A stretch of DNA of 64,000 nucleotides from Octopus vulgaris. Its lineage: Eukaryota. The notes under the pieces are model-generated. The model was not told the DNA's origin and ran no database searches. It was given only the letters and a program-made list of their open reading frames with translations. Below, one piece after another: positions 39,301 through 51,880 of the stretch; within the stretch, counting starts at the first letter, position 1; the number at the start of each line of letters is the position of its first letter. A program made the position numbers and the translations under genes. The stretch is taken from assembly GCA_951406725.2 (NCBI GenBank), contig OX597816.1, positions 172,360,001 through 172,424,000 on the forward strand, given 5' to 3'.

Positions 39301-39964
39301 TAATTATTTTTTTGTATTAGTAAATATTGCTTTCATTATTTTACCACAGTCTTAATCTCTCTTTTTTAAACAAGCATCAAGATAGGCCAACTACATTTCA
39401 TGTGCCAAAAAATAGCAGCAATCACATAGAGATATTTTAATAACTACAGCATATCAAACAGCCATAGCAATAAATTCATTTGCTAATTCTTAGATAACAA
39501 CGGAAAGGAAATAAGTCACATGAGTTTGAAGCTTCAGTAAGTTTTAATAAGTTGTCAAATATAACTTATTTTTACTATGTGTAAACAATAAACTTAGGGC
39601 ATTTACACAGCGAATTTAAGTCAACAAAATACCTGATTTCCTCATCAGAAATAACGAATTAAAACTTGAAATGAAAAAATTGCAATGAATATATGTTAAG
39701 TAGATTACTATTAATGAAAACAATTAGAGGCAGGTGAGAGAGAAAGTGAGAGCCTGTGTTGCAAATGAAAACAAAAAAAATGCCAGAACATATTAATATT
39801 GTTTATTAAATGTTAAAACTCTACTCTGCAGTGAATGTAAAACTTGGCAACAAATATTTAAATTTGTGATAGTAAATAATAACAGATGCTTTGAAAGTGC
39901 CTTTTTATTGATATATATTAACGGAGGAATTTAGAAAAATTTTCCAGAGAATCAAATGGCTATT

Positions 39965-40335
39965 TGAGAAGCACTCCGTCAGTTACGACGACGAGGGTTC
40001 CGGTTGATCCGATCAACGGAACAGCCTGCTCGTGAAATTAACGTGTAAGTGGCTGAGCACTCCACAGACACGTGTACCCTTAACGTAGTTCTCGGGGATA
40101 TTCAGCGTGACACAGAGAGTGACAAGGCCGGCCCTTTGAAATACAGGTACAACAGAAACAGGAAGTAAGAGTGAGAGAAAGTTGTGGTGAAAGAGTACAG
40201 CAGAGATCACCACCATTCCCTGCCGGAGCCTCGTGGGGCTTTAGGTGTTTTCGCTCAATAAACACTCACAACGCCCGGTCTGGGAATCGAAACCGCGAGT
40301 CCGCTGCCCTAACCACTGGGCCATTGCGCCTCCAC
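39965..40335 (-). mobile_element. SINE family E, full length
   Basis: tRNA-like head GGAGGCGCAATGGCCCAGTGGTTAGGG; 12-bp TSD CAAATGGCTATT. Confidence 0.9.
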
Positions 40336-40659
40336 CAAATGGCTATTATGGAAGGTGTGACTAACTAATGGACATCAGAGAGATTTATATGCAGATATAT
40401 AGCTGAGTCAGTCTGTTATATATATTTATCATTACTAGGTAGAACTTACATAGGTGTGCATAGATAGATGTATAGATGGATGGCCGGTGGTACACACACA
40501 AAAGTCTGGTACTGTGAGAATACATGGGAATGGCGTTTCCTTACTTTTTCATATATACCCAAATTGAAAATGATCTAATATAATGACATCATTCATCCAG
40601 CATGTGTTAAAATATGCCAAAACAATTTAATTCTTCACAAATATATGTTACTTTACATA

Positions 40660-41045
40660 TCTTTATATATAAAAGTGAGGTTGCGTGCTGTCTGTCTCCT
40701 ACGATTTAGATTCCTAACTACTCCCACATTTTGCGGTGCAGTTTAACCAAAACCGGGTATCTTATAGTCGTGATTCATATCGAGCCCTTCTGGGTATTAG
40801 CGGGCGTCTACAATTTAAAAAAAATTTACCATCAATTTTCCCCATTTTTAATGCATTTTTGGCATATATAAGGGAAGTAACTCTCTAAAAATTTATTATT
40901 AAATCTCAGACGTAAAAAGCTACAGTAACACCCCCCCCCCTTTGTGGTTAACCATATTGAGATAGCTATTATACTTTACATCTCTAAAAATGCTTATATA
41001 GTTATTTCCCTTACAAACCCGAGCAACGCCGGGTGATACTGCTAG
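40660..41045 (+). mobile_element. Non-autonomous Helitron family H1
   Basis: A|TC start, ACCCGAGCAACGCCGGGT hairpin, CTAG|T end. Confidence 0.88.
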
Positions 41046-41098
41046 TCCTCTATATATTAATTCTTTTTACTGAAACTTGCTAAATAGTATATTTTGCT

Positions 41099-42780
41099 TT
41101 AAAGTAGCATCTCCTTGTAGACACAATTGTCAGTAATCACACTGTTTCCATTTCTCTCAGCTAATATTTTTACATTAGCCTTCTTTCAAACTCTAGATAA
41201 TGCAACATACAGCTGACCATGTGAGAAGAATTGTGTTGGAAGATATATTCCAATTTGTTCAAAAGTCTGTCCCTAGGCCTTGTTGTATGTCAAGGTAAAA
41301 GCTGACTTGACAGGAAATTGTTTATGAGAAAATGAGAATGGAAATTCCATTTCTTGAGATACATGTGGTATTCTTGGGATTAGCAGAGTTGATCCTGCAT
41401 AAGGTCCAGAAACAACTTCAGCCTACATAACATGATCATAGAAACTGATGTAGCATGTGCCATTGCAATGTCCATTAGTAGCATCTAAAATTTCTCAGAA
41501 ACATTATGCAGCATTTTCTCTTCAGTTTGAGAATGTGATGGTGTAAGTTTTTTGATGAACTCAATTGGGTACAGAATTTAATTATCAACTTTATCTGAAC
41601 TTCTGTATATTTTTAGCTCACCAGGGATCCTGGTCAACAGGAAATCATTCATAAATTGTGCTGCTTCATTTGTTGGTGTAACAATGGTTCTATTTGCAAG
41701 CCACACAGGGTGTGTGAAGTAATTTTTGAGGTCAGTATATACAAAATCACATAGATCTGAAAGAGTTTCATACACCCTGTGTGGCTTGCAAATAGAACCA
41801 TTGTTACACCAACAAATGAAACAGCACAATTTATGAATGATTTCCTGTTGACCAGGATCCCTGGTGAGCTAAAAATATACAGAAGTTCAGATAAAGTTGA
41901 TAATTAAATTCTGTACCCAATTGAGTTCATCAAAAAACTTACACCATCACATTCTCAAACTGAAGAGAAAATGCTGCATAATGTTTCTGAGAAATTTAGA
42001 TGCTACTAATGGACATTGCAATGGCACATGCTACATCAGTTTCTATGATCATGTTATGTAGGCTGAAGTTGTTTCTGGACCTTATGCAGGATCAACTCTG
42101 CTAATCCCAAGAATACCACATGTATCTCAAGAAATGGAATTTCCATTCTCATTTTCACATAAACAATTTCCTGTCAAGCCAGCTTTTGCCTTGACATGCA
42201 ACAAGGCCCAGGGACAGACTTTTGAACAAATTGGAATATATCTTCCAACACAATTCTTCTCACATGGTCAGCTGTATGTTGCATTATCTAGAGTTTGAAA
42301 GAAGGCTAATGTAAAAATATTAGCTGAGAGAAATGGAAACAGTGTGATTACTGACAATTGTCATTGGGTAGTTTGATTTTGAATCCACCTCGGCTTTGTT
42401 CAACAGAAATGTTACCATTTACTACATCAAGAAGGTAATTAGCAAACTCTCTTTGATCAGAGTGACCTTCTGTAAGAAATCTTAGAATGGTTGTCAACTC
42501 CACTACTTCCACATGATCGCAAAGAAAAGATCTCTTTAGTGTTGCATCAACAATTTGTGATCTGACACCATTATTTTGAAGTAGAATATTCTCCTCTCGA
42601 GGTACCCTAACCAGTCGGTCATGTGTAGTGGAAACAGAATCATGCCTACATCTCCATGCATATTCAGACATCTGTTTCATTCGCTTTGCCCTGGTTTCAT
42701 CCAATTCAGTTGCTCAGCTTTCTCTCTGCCATTGTGCCTTTGCTGCAAAATTTTCTTTTTCAGTCGCAGAGTTTTTTTGG
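41099..42780 (-). mobile_element. Helitron RepHel (PIF1-like helicase) remnant with internal inverted duplication
   Basis: RSQIVDATLKRS...FANYLLDV.NG, then TIVTPTNEAA, QFPVKPAFALTCNKAQGQTFEQIGIYLP.QFFSHGQLYVALSRV and terminal NCVYKEML*. Confidence 0.9.
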
Positions 42781-43030
42781 ACGCCCCATTTTGAATTGCA
42801 AAATTCAAATATGATATTTGCATAATAATGAAATCAAACCTGGAGTGTGTGTGTTTATATTGGAGAGACGGTGTGTGTGAGAGAGTGAGAGAGTGGTGGG
42901 GAGAGAGAACAGTGCAAACATTGAATGAAAATATAGATGAAATGAAAACATTGTGGTAGCCATACAAACAAAATCACTTCTTCATTTAAGAAAAAAAATT
43001 ATACCGGTATATTAAAAAAATTTTCATTAT

Positions 43031-43202
43031 AGGCGCAGGAGTGGCTGTGTGGTAAGTAGCTTGCTAACAAACCACATGGTTCCGGGTTCAGTCCCACTGT
43101 GTGGCATCTTGGGCAAGTGTCTTCTGCTATAGTCCCAGGCCGACCAATGCCTTGTGAGTGGATTTGGTAGACGGAAACTGAAAGAAGCCTGTCGTATATA
43201 TG

Positions 43203-43233
<31 letters not shown>

Positions 43234-43467
43234 CTGTGTGTGTGTGTGTCTGTGTGTGTGTGTGTGTGTGTTTGTCCCCCTAGCATTGCTTGACAACCGA
43301 TGCTGGTGTGTTTACGTCCCTGTCACTTAGCGGTTCGGCAAAAGAGACCGATAGAATAAGTACTGGGCTTACAAAGAATAAGTCCTGGGGTCGATTTGAT
43401 CGACTAAAGGCGGTGCTCCAGCATGGCCGCAGTCAAATGACTGAAACAAGTAAAAGAGTAAAAGAGT
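43031..43467 (+). mobile_element. SINE family A
   Basis: Family A consensus. Confidence 0.92.
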
Positions 43468-43979
43468 ATACCAAAAATATCCAATTTAACAAACTCCAGA
43501 AACTGATAATATTCTTGAAATTGCGCCTTGTATCAAAGTTATAAAGCTATTGTTAAATTATCATTAATGAAAATATAGGCGAATGAGAATGAGGGACTGT
43601 TGTAAATAAGAATGTAGAATGTCACCTGCAACAAATTAATATTGCTTATTATTAAACAGTGAACTCAATACAAGAAATTGGAGTAGAAAAATTCAATGAA
43701 ATTCAGAAATTGAAATTATAGGAACTTTCTTAGAACATGAATTTATAAAAATATTTCCACACAGTCAACCCTTTAATAATTGCTTTCTTTTAGTACTTTT
43801 AGTAATTGTTACCTAATTACTAAGCAGCTTTCTTCATTATAGTATAGATGTCAACTCCAAATTAGTAAACCATAGGAGGAATGATAATGTCATTTGTGAT
43901 AAACTGTAATGCTAATTGTCCTGAAGCAGTATATACCTGTAGGTGTCAGAATGTGTACAATTATTGTTATTATTATTAT

Positions 43980-44010
<31 letters not shown>

Positions 44011-44279
44011 GTTAGCGGTGAAAATAATAAAGGTAGTAGTAACCTTGACTTCGATGTATGCATAAATAATAATTTAGACGCTGGTTCAGTGGAAACAACA
44101 CATCATATTTTTGATCATTTAGGTGAAAGTAATTCCAACGGTAAAATTAGTAGTACCTTTAAGATAACATCTAGTACTAATAATATTGATTACAATACTG
44201 CTAATAATCCAGTTTTAACACTTAATTCTGAGGGCAGATTTAGGATTAATTACATTAACCATAAGAGCTACATATGAGT

Positions 44280-44695
44280 GAATAAATGCCTTTGTAATTT
44301 TAGAAACAAACTTATGTATCCTCTAGAAAATAAATGTTTAAGAACAAACCTAGTATATTAATGTATGGCAATTGCATGGGATTGTATGTATTATTACATA
44401 GATTCTTCTGTTACAATTTGGAAATCTAGATTACATGATTCTTCTTCTTCATTCAAGTTTAAGAGAAAATGTAATTCTACAAATCTTAGTAAATCAATTT
44501 GGGATTTGAAGGACAGGAACATTAACTACAATAACACTTCACTGTATAATACATGTAATTTTAAATGTGATCTTCACTTTGAGGAAATGTATTATATAAT
44601 TACTTAAAAATTAAAATTATTAAATTCTACAACCAATCTTGCATTGAAATGTCATAAATACAGAAAAACATTTAAATATTTCAATAATAAATAAC
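44280..44695 (+). mobile_element. Penelope-like GIY-YIG endonuclease remnant
   Basis: PLENKCL..NLVY...YYI..S...WKSR...SSFK...STNLSKSIWDLK...KCDL..EE resembles the PLE endonuclease. Confidence 0.65.
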
Positions 44696-45194
44696 TCCTT
44701 CATTATAACTGCTTTTCTTATTATTTAATAAGCATAATTTTTAAAGTTTAAAAAGAAAAATTTATTCCTAGTATACATTAAAAGCCAAATAACTAACAGT
44801 ACTGTTGTAACATTTCTATGTTTATTTTTCATTCTTTCATTGATGTCATTGTAAGTTTGAATACTAAACTGAATTTTCTTAACCAATAATTTTTCTTCTT
44901 AATGCTTTTTTGCCTGTGTTTATGTATTATAACCATTATATCAGCTTGCTTTGAATTCAAGTTGTTATGGGTTACTTTGGTCACATTGTATTCACATGAA
45001 GTTCAGATATATTGAATTTTACAATCAATACAATATGGATTGATTTCTATTTCGTACTTTTTTCTAAATCTAAAAATGCTTTCACAATAGAAACGATTGT
45101 TGATCCTATATGATGTAATCCTCAAAGAAAGATGTGATATTCCCCATTTTTGTATATTTTTGTGTATATATATATATATCTATATATATATAGT

Positions 45195-45600
45195 TCATCC
45201 AAACATGAAAACACAAAGAGAAAACACAACAACGTGAGGACATGGAACAAGTATAGTGTTATTGGACACTAAGGAAAGAAGGAAAGAAGGAGGGTTTAAC
45301 GTTTCAAGTGGAGCTCTTCGTCAGAAACATAGGAAAAGGAAAGACCCAAAGAGGGGAAGACGGAGGAAAAAAAAATCGCCAACGGTACACACGAGGTCAC
45401 ATTAATCCAAACAAGAAAGCACAAAAAAACACAACAACGCGAGGACGTGGAACAAATATAGTATTATTGGACGCTCAGGAAAGAAGGAGGGTTTAACGTT
45501 TCGAGCAGAGCTCTTCGAAGGAAACATAGGAGAAGGAAAGATCCAGAGAAGGGAAGACAGAGGGAAAAAAATCGCCAACGGTACACACAAGGTCACACAC
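45195..45600 (-). mobile_element. Two tandem ~197-bp Penelope-like terminal repeats, each with a hammerhead motif
   Basis: Direct repeats at 45195-45400 and 45405-45600; consensus GTTT-CTGACGA-A-GAGCTCTGCTC-GAAACGTT-AAAC. Confidence 0.7.
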
Positions 45601-46087
45601 ACCGTACACATACACATGATTGCTTCCATATATTTTTTCTTAACCAATTTCACTCACAAAGTAATGATCAACCTGAAGCTACCATAGCAATTATTTGCCC
45701 AATGTGTCATCCCTAAGTGGCATCAATTTTAATTTGAGTTACTGTTCCCCCACATATGTTGCTTGCATTGTCACTTATGAACTCACATCTCTTCTGTGCC
45801 ATTCCTTCCTCTATTTTTTGTCATGGATTTTATAGCTGAGTGTTCTTTCTCTTCACCAATCACTTTACAGAGTCGAGTTCACCTTTGTTGCAACTCTCTG
45901 AGTGTTACTACCTATCTGATTGCCAGCCTGGACTATGTATGCTAAATGATGATGATGATGGCAATAATAATGAATAAGAGAATCGGCTCAGTTGTCAAGG
46001 TTGGGTGATGGAGGTGGTGGGGTTGAAAATACTGGCCAGAAAGTGGTCACATGTATTTTAGCCACATAGCTATGAAAGCATTTAAAA

Positions 46088-46820
46088 CAGGAGTTCTCAA
46101 CTATTTTTTTGCCCATGGACTCCTTTGATTACCATTTTATTCAGGCAGACCCCACTAAGCCAGTTGATGCTTAAAAATTCCCATTTTGCTTTTCACACAT
46201 TCACTTTACTCTTTTACTTTAGTCGAGTAAATCGACCCCAGGACTTATTCTTTGTAAGCCCAGTACTTATTCTATCGGTCTCTTTTGCCGAACCGCTAAG
46301 TGACGGGGACGTAAACACACCAGCATCGGTTGTCAAGCAATTCTAGGGGGACAAACACAGACACACAAACACATATACACACATATATATATATATATAC
46401 ATATATATACGACAGGCTTCTTTCAGTTTCCGTCTACCAAATCCACTCACAAGGCATTGGTCGGCCCGGGGCTATAGCAGAAGACACTTGCCCAAGATGC
46501 CACGCAGTGGGACTGAACCCGGAGCCATGTGGTTGGTTAGCAAGCTACTTACCACACAGCCACTCCTGCGCCTATGTATAGGTTTGCAATAGAATTCTCT
46601 GTGAGAACATGTTTCAGTGGCCAAAAACATGTTGAAATATGCAAAACATGAGAGAAAGAAGCTTGTTGTTTCTTGCAACAAATACACCAAAAACAAAATT
46701 TTTTCATGGACACATAAAATAATACCGGAGATGTTAAATTTACTATTTTGCTTGCTTGGACCCCAAAAAATCTTATATGGGATCATCATGGTTCATATGG
46801 CCCCTGGTTGAGAACCACTG
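46088..46820. mobile_element. hAT-type MITE interrupted by a SINE
   Basis: Ends CAGGAGTTCTCAAC / GTTGAGAACCACTG. Confidence 0.7.
46204..46573 (-). mobile_element. SINE family A nested in the hAT MITE
   Basis: Family A consensus with a deletion near the tail. Confidence 0.9.
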
Positions 46821-47364
46821 GTTTAGAGTGTAGCTTATAATCATTTAAGTGAAACTTATTTTATAAGTTCAACTCATAACCATTTATGTACAACCTATGA
46901 GCATTTAAATGGAGAAAAGCTGCAAACAATATAAAATATGTGAATTAATTCTACTTATGAAAACACGTCTAATTTTGCCCCAAATCATTTTAGAGCAAAA
47001 CTAAATATAATGTATCTTCTACTTCTTTTAACCTGTTATTCATCTAAATTCAAGAATGGTTCCTACTTATCCATGCTGAATAAAATATATACAAAGAAAT
47101 ATTTATAACACTTTGTTAGTCTACACCATATCATATATCCATCGTTCCTAATATATACTCCCCTTTTTATACATCTAACCCTAGCCACATGCATTTGGTC
47201 AGGAAGGTGTAGTGGATATTCAGGCCGCTGCTAAAACCAAAGTTTTCTTACTCTATGAAGTAGACAGAAGAAATGTGATATTGCACAGAGGTGAGATAAG
47301 CCATGGGAGTAGAATATCAGTTGGAGGAAAATAAGCCAAGCAAAATATGTTGGCGGTTTGTTAA

Positions 47365-47520
47365 CATCATCATCATTTAACGTCCGTGTTCCATGATGCA
47401 AAAGCTGGCCAGGACGAAGCCTGCACCAGACTTCTGTGACTGTTTTGGCAGGATTTTTACAGCTGGATGCCCTTCCTAACACCAACCACTCAGCAGAGTG
47501 GACTTCGTGCTTTTTATGTT
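47365..47520 (-). mobile_element. RTE 3' tail fragment
   Basis: (CAT)n tail and GGATGCCCTTCCTAAC. Confidence 0.7.
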
Positions 47521-48475
47521 AACAATATGGAAATTAAAATACAAGCAAGAGGAGTGAGCATTAAACATGAACCAAATAGTGTAGGAGTTACAGTTGTACT
47601 GGTATGGACATGGGATAAAAATACCCCATGGTAAGGTATTAATGGAAATTATCCCTATCAGAGGAAGGCCAAGCAAAATTTGAAAAGAAGTGGGCTTTGT
47701 ACAAAATTATAAATGAGTTAAGTGGCAATGGAGGACATATCCAACCCATTTCAACAAGGAAAACTCTTGATGGTGATTATAAAGCAGTATGTGTATGGTT
47801 TGATAAAATTTGTCAAAGATATGTTATCAAAACCCAGAAGAGAGAAACACTTGCAGGCTCATCCACACATATACAATTGCTAAGATCTATCTTAGAATTC
47901 TGATAAATGAAGTGTTCGTAAATTCTAATAAGAAAATCATCACCTCGTTAATTATTAAGCTATTATAGACTTCTTAATATAAATATTTCATTTAATTTTT
48001 TTCATCTATTATGATCTTATCCAAATTAAAAGAGAAAAAGGAAATGCCGCTCTTCTTCAAGGACAAATACATGTAAACAAAGGAGGTGTTATTTACTGAT
48101 AACCTTTCTAAGTCAGGAAAATAATATATTACACTATAACCTAAGACCTCAAAGAGTGTTTATATTTCTGGAACAATTTAATGGATAGTTAATAAACGGC
48201 TTATTTGGTTAAATTTTTTAAAATTGTGATTTAACATGTAGCTATAGAGATGTGTCAGAGGTACTGATGAAGAGAGATGTGGACTGTGATTAGAACTGGA
48301 TATCAGTCATGAAGTCCTGCATTTGATCCAATGCATAGCACAATGGGCAAGGGTTTTCTGAGAGAACTTTGGAAAAAACTATCATCATGAAGACCATAGA
48401 TAATACTAAAGCAGCCTAAAAATTCTGGTAGAAGCAATGGACAGAAACTTGCAATGGCTTCCAGAAACAATACCT

Positions 48476-48701
48476 ATTTCTTTATTACCCACAAGGGGCT
48501 AAACACAGAGGGGACAAACAAGGACAGAATAGGTATTAAGTCGATTACATCGACCCCAGTGCGTAACTGGTACTTAATTTATCGACCCCGAAAGGATGAA
48601 AGGCAAAGTCGACCTCGGTGGAATTTGAACTCACAACGTAACGCAGACGAAATACCGCTAAGCATTTTGCTCGGCGTGCTAACGTTTCTGCCAGCTTGCC
48701 A
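48476..48701 (-). mobile_element. SINE family C
   Basis: 15-bp TSD CCAGAAACAATACCT. Confidence 0.9.
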
Positions 48702-49184
48702 CCAGAAACAATACCTGCAGTCGTTGATGACATTGCTGTGTTGGACAACGAAGAAGGAATGCAAAACACTTGGAGAAGTTTATAAAGAGAATCTTATGAT
48801 GAGAGTTTAGCTATTGAAAAGATGCAGGATTCTGCACAGAAACACATCCAAAAGGAGCCTGAAAAACTAGTTATTGATACACTAGAATACTTGAAAGAAC
48901 TGTCATGAATTTCTCAAGAATGGGTGCAGCAACAGTCCAGTTTACTAAGAATGAGCCTGACTAGTAGAGCAGTAGCAAAGTAGGGAAATGTTTTGATCAT
49001 ATCCTGCTACCTTGAACTGTTTCACAAGAGAAAACTCAAGAATATGCAAACAATATTTAATGTATGTTTAGAAAAAGCAACCAATATACAAGAAAAAACT
49101 AGAATCTGCACCATCTTTCGACACTTAATTCACAAACATACAAATACATTATATATATATATATATATATATACGCCATGTTGG

Positions 49185-49470
49185 ATCGTTAAGGCAGCAA
49201 ACTCGCGGTTCTAGGATCGCAGTTTCGATTCCCAGACTGGGCGTTGTGAGTGTTTATTGAGCGAAAACACCTAAAGCTCCATGAGGCTCCGACAGGGGGT
49301 GGTGGCGATCCCTGCTGTACTCTTTCGCCACAACTTTCTCTCACTCTTTCTTCTGTTGGCCTGCTCGCTTAGCCAGCGGGGTGGCGTCATTTGAAGGCTA
49401 AAACAATGCAAAGCGCATTGTGACCAGTGATGTGTAGCAACATCTGATAGCCTGGTTGGTCACAGTGATA
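49185..49470 (+). mobile_element. SINE family E variant (different tail)
   Basis: Head/body match 39965-40335 up to CTTTCTCTCACTC, then the sequence diverges. Confidence 0.75.
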
Positions 49471-49472
49471 TA

Positions 49473-49500
<28 letters not shown>

Positions 49501-49503
<3 letters not shown>

Positions 49504-49572
49504 TCTGTGGTGCAGTGGTTATAACATCTGCTTAACACTCAGAAGGTTATGAGTTTGAAACTTGCTGGAACC
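49501..49572 (+). pseudogene. Degenerate tRNA-Val(AAC) pseudogene
   Basis: TTCTGTGGTGCAGTGGTTATAACATCTGCTTAACACTCAGAAGG...GTTTGAAAC aligns by eye to metazoan tRNA-Val(AAC); T and acceptor stems are disrupted. Confidence 0.7.
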
Positions 49573-49587
49573 TAAAGTTATCTTTAG

Positions 49588-49710
49588 ATGCAGGCATGGC
49601 TGTGTGGTAAGAAGCTTGCTTCCCAACCACATGATTCTGGGTTCAGTCCCACTGCGTGGCACCTTGGGCAAAAAGTCTTCTGCTGTAGCCTAAGGCTGAC
49701 CAAAGCCTGT

Positions 49711-49750
<40 letters not shown>

Positions 49751-49891
49751 CTTTGTGTCTGTATTTGTACCCCACCACTTTGGTCAGATGGGCTATAGCA
49801 GAAGACCCTTGCTCACAGGGCCATGCTGTGGGACTGAACCCAAAACCATATGGTTGGGAAGCAAACTTTCAACTACACATCCATGCCTGCA
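49588..49891. mobile_element. Two inverted family A SINE heads
   Basis: Plus-strand head 49588-49775 followed by a minus-strand head 49778-49891. Confidence 0.75.
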
Positions 49892-49924
49892 CGACACAGC
49901 TGTACACAGACACTCACGCACGCA

Positions 49925-50535
49925 TCTTTATATATATAAAAGTGAGAACGTGTGTCTGTCTGTCTGTGTGTTTCCCTAAAACTTGAGAACTACACAACCA
50001 ATTTCATTCAAATTTTACACATGCCTTACATAGGGTCCGGGGAGTGTCATCGGCAAAAAAAATGTTCAACTTCTTGCCTAGGGCGAGCCCACAGCAATAT
50101 CATATCTTCTCCACTATGATTCTCTAAAACTTGAGAACTACACTACCAATTCCATTCAAATTTTACACATGCCTTACTTAGGGTCCATGTAGTTTTATGG
50201 GCAAAAAAAACGTTCAACTTCTTGCCTAGAGCGAGCCCATAGCAATATCATATCCTCTCCGCTATTTAAGTATTACGTGTTAAAAGTGAAACAAAAAAGT
50301 TTCTCTATTTTATGTCAGATACTTTCACTTTAACAATAAAAATAATAATAACAATTGAATTATATGTAGTAAGTAATAATTAAAATCAAACTAAAGTATA
50401 ATATAATCGTAACATAACAAAAGTAAAAATAGCAATTGGTATAAAATTGCATCAATGATTTGAATTTGAATAAGTGGTTTCACATGAATGGGAATAAATT
50501 AAAAATAAAATTAGCGTGCAAAAATGGAATAGTCC
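49925..50535 (+). mobile_element. Non-autonomous Helitron family H2, 3'-truncated
   Basis: Reverse complement of ~20170-20635, with an internal ~150-bp tandem duplication. Confidence 0.8.
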
Positions 50536-51029
50536 AGATGGATAATGAAAAATTAAATTAAAGAAAAGACTATTGTCTATAAAGTATACAATGTAGAGAA
50601 AAAAGACTTGAACACATGGAGGAAAGCACCTTCGAAAAGTGTCTTGGTGCGACTATGAAAGGTATCTAATCAGAGGCGGTAAATTCGCCACAATAGAAGC
50701 AAGGTTCGAGTCAATGGAGCGTGCAAGGGAGTACTCGACTCAAACTTGCAAAGTGGAAATATTTTATTTTTACCTTTATATCTAGGACGTAGGACGTCTC
50801 GGAAAAAATTTTTAAATGCCCCCCCCCCCCGAAGTGGAGGTAGGACGTGTCATAATTACTAAATAGCAATTGAGACCAACTCCAAAAAGGAAGGAGAGAC
50901 AATCTCAAAAATCAAGAATTCCCAGCAGCAGATTTCAATTTTCTTAGGTTCAGTTGAGCTGATGGCTATCTCCAACCAGGAACTACATAACTAAACAAGA
51001 GAGATATGAAAGGTCTCATTGTCTTTATC

Positions 51030-51557
51030 ATCCAACCAGAAGAAACCACATACTTGATTTAGTTTTTATTCATAATGTTCAACCATTTTTGTACACAACA
51101 TGATACAGGATATTCTCAACTCTCATGGGATATGCTAATAGCATTGGCTATTTGATTTATAGTCAATCGCCTGCCATCCATCACCATGTGGTGAACACGA
51201 TAAATGACTTCCTTGGTGGTGGCAGTTGCAGGACATCCAGACATTAGGTTATCTCATCTTCAACACTCTCCCTTCCATTCCTAAATTCAGCTTCCCACTT
51301 TTGTACTGTTAACAAAGCTGGAGCATCATCTCCTAATGTAGCAACCCTGTCAACATGAACGCCCTTGGGGGCTACACCAGTTTTCTGCAGGTACTTGATA
51401 GCACACTGATGCCAAATTTTTGTCCATTTTCAAGAGAGAAGTTGCTATTAGTTAACTTTTGAAGACTTCTTTGAACAGTGAGATGTCAGTTTTGCTGGAA
51501 AGAAACAATGCAGTTATTAATAAGAAGAGTTGAACTTAAAGCATGCAAGATTTCATA
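51030..51557 (-). mobile_element. mariner 5' fragment (family of 18448-19723)
   Basis: Similar to 19110-19670. Confidence 0.75.
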
Positions 51558-51747
51558 GCTTGTCCTGCTGGGTCTTCCCACGCACAGCATACTTCCAAAG
51601 GTCTCGGTCTCTGGTCATTTCCTCGGTGAGACCTAAAGTTCGAAGGTCGTTCTTCACCACCTCGTCCTGGATTTGCAAATTCCTTTCCAATAGTCCATAG
51701 AGGTCCTCTTTCTCTTGTATTTTTCTTACCAAATTCGTGTCCAAAAG

Positions 51748-51880
51748 GCAGCTGATTTCTACTCCAGACTATTCTGGCCACTGCATCATGCTTCATGGGA
51801 AGATAATATCTGGGAGACATTCTCTTGCAGTTGGCAATAGTGTGGTTGATGCCTTCAGTCTTGCTCTTGCAAAGCCTGAG
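51748..51880 (-). mobile_element. RLE-type (R4/Dong-like) non-LTR retrotransposon fragment
   Basis: RLCKSKTEGINHTIANC..MS.RYY...KHDAVA resembles the CCHC + RHD motif. Confidence 0.55.

Noticed and set aside
43909-44277. Asn-rich 122-aa ORF as a host exon
   Set aside because: Low-complexity (AAT)n sequence adjoining a Penelope-like remnant, with no recognisable domain.
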